DNA from: Catajapyx aquilonaris
Lineage: Eukaryota
Length of the DNA stretch: 44,274 bases
Assembly (NCBI GenBank): GCA_000934665.2
Contig: KZ538866.1
Span: forward strand, 1-44,274
Direction: 5' to 3'
Shown here piece by piece: positions 1 through 12,300 of the stretch. How positions within the stretch are numbered: the stretch's first letter is position 1; each line of letters starts with the position of its first letter. A program made the translations under genes and the position numbers. The notes below the pieces were generated by a model. That model was not told the DNA's origin. It did no database searches and saw only the letters and a program-made list of their open reading frames with translations.

Positions 1-67
1 CGCGGTTAATTCAAAGTCAAATTCCTCATATCTCGCAGTCAACCAGGCATTTCAGTGTACCCTTTCG

Positions 68-248
68 ATTGGCACCACCCGGCCAGTCCTTTTTTCCCGC
101 CAATTTTGAAGGCACTTTTAAATGTGCCGTAATTTATCCAGTAATGTCATTTTGATGCAACAGAGTGATGGAATGTATGTTTACAGGCATGGGCTAGCTA
201 GTTATGAACAAAAATTCCAAATCCCAGACCAAGGCTAGTTCCCCATTG
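68..248. repeat. Partial copy of the dispersed element also found at 19466-20004
   Basis: Shares blocks with ~19825-20004: cgccaattt, agtaatg.cat, gtgatggaatg.atgttta, ccaaatcccagaccaaggctag...cattg. Confidence 0.7.
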
Positions 249-516
249 CACATTGCACATCCTCTCCCAGTCACCCTGCCCTTGGACCAAGGGCCAATTC
301 TACATTGTCAAATTCATGTCCCCATGTGACAAATAAAGGTCCGTGCTAGGCACTATGCTAAGCACTATATCCAAATTATTATTTAAAAATTATTAAATTA
401 TACGGAATAGTTTTGATAGTAACTTGTATTCTTCCCAACACTCAACCCGTGATTACAATTGTTATTCTTCGATGTACACGTAATACCGTTGATGACCGAA
501 TAAGTAGGCTACGCCT

Positions 517-1836
517 CACAGTGGTCAATATCTGAAAAAAAGTAAACGTAAATGATAACTCCTCAATAATGAAACCGTTTAAGTACGTAAAAAGCATGTC
601 TGCCCATGTTTTCGTGGTCGCTGATGTCGATTTTTAGGTCATTTTGAACCTATAGACCTTATAGGGTGCACCAAAAATTTTCTATGGAAGTTTAAAATGT
701 GCAGAATAAACATTACAAGTAGGTGACAACTGACAATCATATCCGATGTTTTCGCGATCCTAATTTTGATTTTTAGGTTGTTCAGAACCACGACATACAT
801 GGTGTAGCTAAACCATCGAATTTAAGAACTTTTAAAAGCTACATTATAAGTACGGTTAGGTGAAAATAATATTTTACCGTGTGTTGACGGACACTGATTT
901 TGATTTTCAGGCTATATTGAACCCATACCTACAGCCTGTATCCAAAACACTGTCAAATTTGAGATCTCGTGGAATAAATAATAAAGTAGGTGAAAATGAT
1001 GTTTCTGCACAAAATCGCGACTGGTGATTTAAATTATGTTGTTATTTCTAATGTACAAGCACTCAAAACTTCAGGAAACACACTGTGCTTATGAAAACGG
1101 TAGAAATTATTATTAATGTATGGCCTTTTAAATTCAGTGTAGGGCATAAATTGAACCTTCCTGGTATGCGCCTCTGAGGTGTCTTCATTTCTAAAATTGC
1201 GTCTAGCCGAGATTAGCACCTGGACTATGATTTTCTAGTAAAGGGTTGTGAGAAGAATAAAATCAATGCGTTAGTTCACAATACTTTTTCATTTTTATAA
1301 ATTAATTCCTTTAGGTAACTTTATCTTCAGTTATTATTATGATAAAACCTATCCTGAAAAAGCGACTAATCAACGCTGAATCATGAAATTGCTTTTTATC
1401 ATAATAATAACTGAAGATAAAGTTACCTAAAGGAATTAATTTATAAAAATGAAAAAGTATTGTGAACTAACGCATTGATTTTATTCTTCTCACAACCCTT
1501 TTAATGAAATAAGACTATCAATATTTACAACTACTTATACCCTTTACTCTATGAACCCTTAAATTCGATGGTCTTTTTTGGTACACCCTATAGGTCTGGG
1601 TTCAACAATGGCTAAAAATCAAATTAAGCTTCTCAGAACATATGGGAAAATGTTATTTTCGCCTATTAATAACGTTTATTCTAGAAGTTATTCAATACAA
1701 TGGTGTTTGTTTCGGAACACCCTGTAGGTCTAGGCTCAAAATAATCTAAAATTCGAAATCATCAGCGACCCCGAAAACATGTTTTTACGCACTTAAACTG
1801 TTTAGTTGAGCTTTTTTTCAGATATTGACCACTGTG
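517..1836. mobile_element. Non-autonomous foldback/Transib-like DNA element with CACAGTG termini and ~140-bp subterminal tandem repeats
   Basis: TIR CACAGTGGTCAATATCTGAAAAAAAG at 517-542 and its reverse complement at 1811-1836. Diverged ~135-140 bp units (catgttttcg..gtcgctgat...gatttttagg...gtaggtgaaaat) repeat across ~600-1050 and in inverted orientation across ~1550-1790. No transposase ORF and no clean TSD. Confidence 0.6.
1240..1501. repeat. Perfect 108-bp inverted repeat with 46-bp spacer
   Basis: 1240-1347 (aaagggttgtgagaag...gataaaa) is the reverse complement of 1394-1501; I found no mismatches by eye. Confidence 0.9.
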
Positions 1837-4800
1837 ATGACGTAGCTAGTTTCGCAAATACTTTGCAAAATATTTGCCTCAGCCGCGGCTAGCCGCAGAT
1901 GAAACCTTACTGGATAGCTTCCCAATTACCTTCAGGTCAACCTAAAGCCAATTTCTTAACTTCCTCGAACTTCCTCCCGTTTGTATGCCTAGCTGAACTT
2001 CAAATTTTGTCAACATTTTCTGACTGTTGCAAGTTAAAATTTCTCGGATTTCCGTGAAACAATTACTGATATTATTTTCACAGTCCTCAATCAATGCGCT
2101 ACAACACAAGGTACTTAATTTTCCTAAACATTCAGTTTTTAAAGTTTCACAATCATGTTACATGCATGCTCATTTGTGCGCACAATTCAAACAAATAATA
2201 TTTTACGAGCATGGGAAATCTTCTTATACGAAAAGCTAGAGTGAAAACTAATTATGCACAAAATGTCTCATTTACAAGACATTCACATGTGAAAATCAAT
2301 GTCCTACCAAAAAAGTGAGAAATCTATATTAGTTTGAGTTTTTCCGGATTTAAACTATACTGTGTGCGCCTGCACTCTTATTGGAAGAGTGAAACAGGGA
2401 CTTGGTTCATCGAGCGACTGGGGCTGGTGTTGCGTCTCAAGTATACTGAGAAGCACATATTCCAATGGTGTTTGGGGGCGAAGAGGCAGTCGGAGACAAT
2501 CGGGGGGTATTGTAAGGTGTCATCAAGTTACAGTGGTGTTGCCAGATGATTCCCGGAGAAGAGATTGGAGAAGCTGGATGTGTCAACAGAAGAGTTGGTG
2601 CAAGGACGTCCCATAGAACTGTTGAACGAGATCAGTGATGCAAAGAGGAACTGAATCTAATGATGTAGGCCTATACACTGGCGAAACCGTATACTTGTGA
2701 AGTGACAGAATGAAATGGGTTAGATCTGAACATCCAAAGTTTCTCCAACCAGCTGATAGTGGTGCTGATATCAGAATTGCATAAATGACTTTTACCAATG
2801 CCACCAATTAAACTAACAATCTTTATATGCTTTTCATATCAGTGTACAATTATTCTCTGGCTGAAGCAACTTTAGAACCCAAGTTACTAAATGACAAATT
2901 GTTAATATTAATTCGCAGATCAAGAAGTGAATTCAAGTCAGCAAAAACTGATGCTCGTGGCGTGGAGTATAGGCTACTACAGTATTCAGGGGGGAAATCC
3001 ATACAGGTAAAACATACTGTCCCCTTTGCAAATAATTGGCAAAATTAGCCGACCGCTTTATGTGATTGCATGAACTTTTGCTGATCCAAAACCTCGTCCA
3101 AAACAGTGTATATAGGTCGATGGAACATGGGTATTTCAAGCTCTCTAATATTACGTATACACTCCTTTGTCAATTAAAAAATACACTAATTATCTCAAGA
3201 GTGCCTCGCTGCAATTAAGTAGGGGATGGTGACTTCTGAGTTCTGACAGTCCACAGCAGAGGTGAAGGATAAAATTCTCGACTTGGTGCGAAACGTCCAT
3301 TACCGGCACGCCTGCTGCGTGACGCAGGGATACGGAGATACTGTATATATGAAGGTGGTTGTTGTGGCGCCAGAGTCCTTTCGCTTTCAGCTGACTGCCG
3401 TCCAACTAGCACCGCTCTCCTCCGGTCTCAACTATAATCTGTGGCCCGCAATTGATCCTATCCCAAGGTAGATGAGTGACATCTGCTCTTAACGGGTGAG
3501 TCAGTTTTCATGCCTAATTATGTTTTTTTTAAACATCTTTTGCCCCCATCTCTGGTGAATGGCGTAATATGATGTGATTGTTAGTGGGGAATAATCGCAA
3601 TTTGCCTGACAGGCATATAAAGCTGTGGAGTTGATATAGACACGTTTCCAAAATTACGGCAAAAATTGGAATAAATATGTAGAAATACTGTGTAGATAAA
3701 AAGAGGCCAAATGATAAATAACATGTGGGACTCATCATTGTGACGGTATAATGCCTAGTAACATACATTTTTAGTATGCAACATTTTACAGCAGAATATA
3801 CCGTAGTTGTGAAGAATATACGGTATCATTCATAAAGTTATGTCTTTTTAAAAATCCCAGCATATTATTGGAACAGTATACAAAGCTTTCCACATCAGTG
3901 TTTATTTATAATAAATATTTGTTTTTCTCTTGAATATCTAAGCTCGCCTAAGTAGTTGTCCGTGGAAAGACTTGTCCATCAGGAAGTATACCTGCCAAGC
4001 ATCATATTATACATATTTCCTATCTCAATTTCGCCCAAAATGTGGCTCTGATTATTCTGCATTTCAGGTCTGAGGTTAGGTAATCATGGACCACCACACT
4101 AAGGGGAAAAAATATTTTATGCAAAAATGAGATTTCATAAGAAATGACATTACTTTTGGTAAAATATCTATCCAAGCACACGTCATTTGTAACATGTCCA
4201 CTTGACCAGTGACTTCACAAAAAAACGCACTAGAAAGTGAGAGGGGGCATGAATGTCATCCAAATACAAAGAGCACCTTTCGAAAAAAGAAGGTACGCGA
4301 ACTGAAATGCTTCTGGTCATTTCAGTTTCGAAAGGGCATCCTCACCTGATCTCACCCAATTGAATGTTTCTGGTTTTCTGTTGTTGAATAGGTTTCTCCT
4401 GTTTTTCTATCAATAGACCTATCCTCCTATTTCCTTCCAATGACTTCAAAAATTTAACATCTAAATTGCTCCAAGCTCTTCTTTGCAAGAGACTGTTGAC
4501 AGGCATGTATATTCTTTTCCTGTTGCACTACAACTCATTAGGCTCTTTTATTTAAAACCACCTAATTTCTTATACAAGTTCTACACTTCTCTGAAATTTT
4601 GGGAATACTTCTTAGCACGCTATACTGTGAGGGCCTATTGAAAAAAAATATCTCACGTACGATTAATTATTGGATATGCAAATAATTTCTGCGTGAACGT
4701 AATTTATATCATTGATCTAAAGAAGTAACTTATTTTCACAGTGATTAGTCCACTTTTGTATTCATAGTTGTAAGTAATGGTTTGGAAGTCACGACCTCTT

Positions 4801-7800
4801 AGTCTGACTCCACTAGGAGTGTTGGAACATGAACACGGTCTCATAAAACAAGCTGTTATATTTCGTGTCATAGAATATGCTCGGGGCGCGAGGGAACGTA
4901 AGGCACCGCACTAAGTGAATTTCTAGCAGTCCATTAATCGTCCGGGTGTGTTATGCGAGTTATGTCATGGCACCATTATAAACCAGAGTCGTTGAGTAAT
5001 ATTCTTCCTGAAAACAGCGACACTTTCCCTCCCTTTACGTAACGTACTGTACATCTAAATATACATGTGATGATGCCATTACCGCTCATTTTCGTGGATT
5101 TAGCGTCGTCAGGTGGTATAAACAATGATTTATTTTTAATTACCAGTAAGACCTTGATAGATGACCCGTAGCCATAATCTGAACGTATCTATGCACGAGT
5201 CGGTACGTCGAAATAATGGGACATGGGCTATATCCCGATATTGACACACCCGATTCAGTCATGACACGGGGACAAACTGGAACACCAGCGGCGGTAGGGA
5301 CAGCACTAAAACGAGTAGCAAGGTCTCCCCCACCATGAATGCACTTGCCTTGAGCTAAAAATTGCTATCGGTCGGAAGACAATGTTATAGGGTTTAGTAG
5401 CCGAAATATGCGTGATCGAACGGAAACATTTGGCTAATAACCTATTCCTGCGCACTGTACTGTATACATCACGGAAGCATAGGCGACCTTGTCCTAGGCG
5501 AAAGCGATGAACTAGCTATGAGCATTCTTTCAAATGTCACAGGGTAGCTATATAGATACCAAGCATCATCAAGGTTACTCCTCGGCCATCTCAACAATTT
5601 TAAAAGCGTCACGATCTTTTCTTGGGCCAGCGTATGCCCCAAGTGTAAACTGCTTGAGGCAATTGGTACCGGTTTTGAGACCAGAGGCCAAAAAACCGTA
5701 CCGCGTACTATCTCATTGACTGAACCGGTGATTCCCAATAAAAGGATTTAAACTGGGCGTGGTGGATTTTTTTCCTTGCACATTTCTGTGACCACAGGGT
5801 AACGCCCATTTTATTGGGTCAGTGTTAATGTTCTTATTTCACTCGCCTGTAAGTTGGGCTAAGCCGGCACTTGATACCTCGTCAAAGACGGTCCTGGGAG
5901 ATTACATAAAGCGGTAACGCTGCTCGAGGACATGCTCTCGAGTGGCCTACATGACGGCAGGGCTCCACTAACACATTATTATTCTTTGCCTTGGCCAAGG
6001 ACGGCGTACTTCTTGACCCACCCGGACCCATTGCTTCATCTCGAAAGTGTTTGACCGTTAACAATGCAACGTCCTGTTGATGCCAGATGAATGCTTCTTT
6101 GACAGTAGCTATGACTTGTATGTTTTGACTTGGACCGATTTGCAAGCCGCGCCTCATATTAATCAAAATCTAGCTGGAGATTTGCACGCTGGAATCGGAC
6201 AAGACTGGCATTCAGACTGACAAACAAGCTCTAATTATCCGGAGAAAAGTTGATCTGGACAGACCAAACATGGACACCATTTTAATTGACAACTGTGAAA
6301 TGCTCTTAGGCTGTGGATCCTTGGCCGAAAAAGAAGTGGAAGTGCAAAAAAATATATACACATTTTTTTCAAAGTCGTGCCCGGGTTTTTAGTTCGGTTT
6401 GTAATTAGCGTCTGCAAATCATGTCATCCAACAAGTGGGTCAGCGAGAATCAGAGGGAATCTCTTGGCGTGCATGTGGACTGGTATGTCGTGTCGTGCAG
6501 TGCTTTATTGGACTCCAGCGAGATGGATTGAGGTTCCAACATTCTCCTTACTTGCGTCCAGCTTTGCATTTGAAATGAAGGGTTCATCAAGTCTGACCGG
6601 ACTCTCACATGCATTTCACCCCCGCGTGGTATACGAAAACTCACTTGCTCATGGCATGTGAGGTTTCTTTCTGGTTTAAATACCTCCCACTTTGTAAGGC
6701 GATGTCAACAAAATTATGCAACAGGATGGATGATCCCCAAACCCCCTGCTGTTCTTGTTAATTTTTTCCTGTCAAAGGAAGTCCAGTCTGTCAGATACAA
6801 AATATTGGATATGAAAAAGAAACAAGTCATTGAATTATTTTCATGCTCGACAATCAACTGTCTGGTTGTGCCATATATGATGAGTCAAATGGACTCTTTC
6901 GTGCCGTAATGAGATCCGAAGTAAGTTGACTCGTGCGTGTGAGAGGGCCTTTTATATTTTATGGAACATTAGCAGGCAACGAAGGACGACCAGGGCAGAA
7001 TCCCACGTCGTATAATCCCTTACGTTGAAAATATCAGGCAGATTGGGCAAAAGGCCATGGGGTAAGTATAGCGCTGTCAGCTTTGTCCAAAATGTAGGCC
7101 AGTGCCCATTGGCATAAATGATGACTGATGAAAACTTTGTGTCACTCCCGAAACACTTTGGTCAGATAGGGGGTGCTCTGGTATGCTGTCCTTAATGGAG
7201 CATTCATTCGGCGAATGAATGAGCGATTTGGGGGTGAGACAATATTTAAAATAAGTCCCGGTCAGATCGGAATTTCGGGCTCGCCCTCTTTTAACCTCAT
7301 ATCCATATTGCTCGATACAAGGTCGGGCCCAGAGTGAGTGGGGGGACATTAATAAAGCTCGTGACAAAAGCCTCGTTTTCATATGAGACCCATAAGGTTT
7401 GGAGGCAGCAGTGCCGTTGTGCCACCCACGTGACTTTTACCCAGAAAGAAACTGCGCCCCAGTTCGTGACCCGGTTGTTTCCAGAGGGGCTTTCAAAACT
7501 GGAAGTCCTTATCGCTACATTCCGCTTTAGAAACAAGAGCATCTTGCACAGAGTGAAGCAACATACAGGAGGCACACAGCCGCCGATTAAGCTGCTTATT
7601 TTGGGAGGGACACGTTGCTGTATTTTTAGAGCAATGACCATATTCAAAATTTGGCAGTTTGGGCGCATTAAGTATGACTTCTTCCCATAACTCATACTAG
7701 TCGTATATGCTATCCCATCGTATTTTGATATTAATTAAATACAAATGATCAACACCCCACTATATGGACTGAACCTAGAGGGAAACAACTTTACATGTTG

Positions 7801-9330
7801 TAATTTAAAATAATGACATATGACAACAATAGTAATACGGTATAAAATAATAGGCCTATTATAGCGTAGGCTACTACAAATACATCAAGATATACATTCA
7901 CTCCTCACAGGCACGTATATAATTTACAAGGGTATTAAGAAGTGTCATCCGATGCTGCCTCACCTTGGATAAACGTGATTCATTAACTTTGGGGTGACAA
8001 ATGTGTGGGAACAAGAATCAGGTAAATAGATGTTACAGGGTCCAACCCTACATAGTCTACATCGCAAATGCGAGGTCAGAATCCCCATAATTGAATGCTA
8101 CTTGGTGACTCGAAATTCAAGTTGTGCCTCCTCATAGGTGATGGTTTGCCTTCTTCAGAACGAAACACCACTCAAAGTCGTGAATCAGTTCAAGAGCCTC
8201 AGCAGATTCCAGTTTCGAAAACATGTCAGGCCTACATTCCATATTCGTCGCGTGACCGGTATTTTACGGGCAATTCTACACTACGACAAATGCAATAATT
8301 ATTATGCATTCGGCAGATTAGACCTTTGAGATTGTCCACTTTGGAGTCAGGAACATGGGAATAATTTTTTTTGCTATTTATGTGTCAAAAGATAGAGCTT
8401 GCCTCCTTGAATAAGACTTGCTTCGAGGAATTTGTAGCCAACGGGTATACTCTTGTAAACAAGAAAAGAAAAATTCCATAACTGTTCTTGTGCGTTGGCC
8501 AGGAATAGGAACGATATTATTCTCATCGACAAAAATAAACGTATTGTTTTTTGATCATGTTTTGCGTTCGTAGCTGTATATAAAGTCATAGGTGTATCGT
8601 AACAGGCTATTATGTCAACGTCTCTGATCAGATATCGCTCGCTGTCAATCTTCAAGGACGCGACACTCATGGCTCAGAATTGGGAGATGCAGGTCACTCG
8701 TAATTTTGAACCGTGGACAAGGTTAGGCTAGGCGATGTAGCCAGCTAGAGTCATAAATAGGTCTGGCAGGCGTCGGTGCAAGGAAGTGGGGCACACGGAC
8801 AGCCATAAGTTCCGACTAAGGCATGTTTCTAAATACAGGGTGGGCCGTAATTTCCTCATAAGGGGCAGAGAGACGAATCCTTGACCTATTACAAGTACAA
8901 GACCAGAGGAATTATATTCTTGATTGGAAATGGCGTTGTCGTGCGGAATTAATTTAATTGATATTAAATTAGGGAATAGCCTACTAGTTTTACCAACTCC
9001 AAACTACTCAGGCTTCCCTGAATTGTCTACATGCAGGATGTGCCAAGGTGTTATTGCCTTCTTACGTCGTAATGACTCTTTCCAACCAAGAATTAGAGTG
9101 CATTGTCCCATTTTGCCACCTATTCATGTACGGAAATTTGTGTTTCAGTGACATCCAGTTACATGCATATACGTCTCAACTTCCTATCTTGCAAGGGTGT
9201 CCCATCGAGACACTCGACATTCAACACCAACCTTTGACGCAGCAGTACGGTACGGTCAACAAAGTAACATCTGAACATCCCAACGTCAATAACAACAGGT
9301 ACGAATGCCAGGCTTATTTCAGAGTTCAAG

Positions 9331-12300
9331 ATGAGCATGTCACGGAAGAAGAATGCGTGGGACGGCCACCTAGAGCAACCGGTGGCCGTGATGGCATTGC
9401 TGCTGACCACTCTGATCCTAACAGTAAAAGGTGAGCTTACCATACAAAAGGGCGTGAGTTATTTGAGTAAAGCGTGAGTGGAGGCGGATTCACCTTTAAC
9501 ATCTCGCCCTGTCCGCGGCACCTCAGACCGAAAGGGGTTGCCACAGAAACCGGTGCTTCTGGTGACCGGTTTTCGACTCTGAGAAAACCCAGGGTGAAAC
9601 AGATACAGTATACCAGAGTGAATGAAGAAACCCCCCGAATTAATTAGAAAGAGCCACCCCGGAGAGCGGAAAGAAAGGGGCCACACACACACCATAATGA
9701 ATGCGATGGAATTAGTCATGTTGGTACTAGAGCAATTACGTCGACTGACATTTTGCCGTGCTTATCTTTCCTAGTGTCAGTTCTCTGAATATATCGTTTT
9801 GCCTTTCCAGGCCATGCTTTAATTTTAGTGGCCTCTAAGGACCAGAATATGACGGGGAAAGCCACTCAAAAAGTATGTCCGACTGATGACCAATTGTGCA
9901 ATCGGGGAAGCCAAATTTTCCGCTTGTTTGTCCTTGCATCAGGACCATGTCATATACGAACTCATTTCCCAACTGACGATGGCCCCGGAATATTTTGTTC
10001 TAGCCAGTGCCCTAGTTTCCTTTCACTTTTATAGCGAATGAGATGGAAAAAAGATGCTAGGGAGGATTCAAAACATGCTAGACCGCACCTTCATAGTGCC
10101 GTGACGGATGGTCGTGCTGCCATTAAAATATTTAGGTAGCTGCGGTGAAAGACACTGTAGCCCGTAATTGTCAAGTCATGTAGAATGTTCGGGGGCAAGT
10201 TTTGGTAACCTTGTAAAAATGCCCATTCAAGAATTTGTTTAAAATTCTGGGTGATCACAAAGTAACGCCTAAGAATTTAGGGAGGAGCAGATGGAGGAAG
10301 ATATAAATTATTTAAAAAACCATATATTTTTCAGGACACTGCGACCTTACAAGTCCACCAACGAAACATGTCGTGTGCTATTACGAAGGCGGAGAGTTAT
10401 CGTCTGGTCTGCCCTGGTGCAAGTGCACTCATGTGATTTATCGCAATAGCAGTCGCGTGGACATGAACCTCGGTAAGTGAACGTTCCTATGTGAGGTGTG
10501 GGAGCACTTTTATTGCTTAGTCGCATTTATTAATTGCTATCATTTTCCGATGGAGTCAAATTGGGGGTGGGCCGCGTGCGAAGTGTGACCTTGCAGTAAT
10601 TGGTCCACGGTGTAAGCTGGCGAGAGGATTATGAAATAGGTGGCGTCGCCACATAACTTCGCACCCACGTGGTTTTAAGTACTCAAGAGCACACAGCCTT
10701 CTGCGTTAAAAAAAAGTGAGAGGAAGCCCATCTGGAACGGCGTCGACCACCGCCCTCAATCGCTGTTTGGCCTTGCTCTTCCTTGCAGCTAATCATGAAC
10801 TTGCGCGAGATAGTCCAGTGAAAGTTACCGGAGACTTTGAACTTTTGGGGACACCTTACATTTTATTGCTATGCCAACCCATAAGCTTCTGTAGTTGTAG
10901 TGGCAAAACACATGCTCTTTGATGAGTGTGGACCTGGGTTCGATTCCCAGCAGAGGCAAACTGGGACATATGCTTATGTAACGAAAGGTGTTGTAATGGC
11001 GGATGTGCTGAACACATTTTCACTTGCAGGTCAGTTCAAGACCCTGTCTCAACATAAGCTAGGAAACGAAAAGTTGAGACTGCTCGTTTCACTAGGAGTG
11101 AACGAGAGCGACCCTGAAGAGTTCAATGATCTCTTAAATGATGAGGTCCAAAATGTTCTTGTTAAAAGTGTAACAGACTTATTTGCAGACAGAATAGTAG
11201 ACGGAGTTGAAATTGTGTGGAACAGGCTAGATGGAAGGAATCAGCTGTTGGAGCTACTTCAAGTATGTCGCAAGCTATGATTATTATTTGAGAGTTGCAA
11301 TCATCACTGAAATATTTTTAGGCATTAAAGGCGTCAATAGCTAACATCGAAAGATCTGGCAGAGAGAATGAAGAAGACAAGTTTCTTTTATTTTTATCAG
11401 TTGACACGCGTCCGGAATATTTAGTGAAAAACTACGACCTGGAGGCTCTTTCCAAGTAAGGTGTAGAAAGTGGGTTCTGCCTACTTTTCCATAACTAACA
11501 ATGTCTCTTTATTTAGCTTCGTCGACTTTTTCACCGTACCCACTCACAAACTGACAGACAGTTCAACTGAAGGAGTGACCTTTCATCACAGCCGACTTAT
11601 GGGAATATCTGACGTTTTGAACACTGTAAGTACATTTTATACCCATCAAGTTATTAGCGCCTGTATTTATTGTAACTTGACATATTTATTTCAACAGGAC
11701 TCCCAAGTCGATTTGCTTGTGGGAATCGGGGCTCCTGCAGAAAAACTTATTATCACCATACCATCTTTCGCAAGTTCGTTTCTCCTGCAAAATTCATCGT
11801 TAACAACTCCTCGTTCTCCGGTCACAGGTCATCCTACATTCGTCCCCTTTCCTCAGGTGACAAATATAGTACTTTTCTGGACAAATCTAGCCGTACCGCT
11901 ACTCACTATTTTATTGTCACAGGTCTGCAAGATGCTTCAAGAGGGTAACTGGACCATTGAGAGAGACGACGACTACACCGGTAGCTATGCTTTCAAGGAC
12001 AAAACCTGGGTGGCGTTTGATGATGAAAACAGCATAAAGATCAAGGTGAAAGCATCCATTTTGGCTGAAACTGTTATTTAATGCGCTTGATGTATCGTAG
12101 GCAAAGTATGCCCTGCTGCGAGACCTAGGTGGTGTCGCCATCTTTCCAATCGACGCCGACGATGATAGCGGCACCTGTGGGCGAGGCACCTTCCCACTGC
12201 TGACAAGCCTCTACGATACTCTCACCAAACTGGAGAGGAAGCCTCGTCGAGTAGTGGCTGAAAGCTTGGCCCAAGATCTGGAAGCTGCTGCCACATCTCA

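Noticed and set aside
2330..3470. Moderately GC-rich stretches with short ORFs
   Set aside because: No recognisable domain and no consistent splice model.
10900..12081. ORFs 10900-11280 and 11470-12081 as separate genes
   Set aside because: They are exons of the chitinase-like gene plus in-frame intron read-through.
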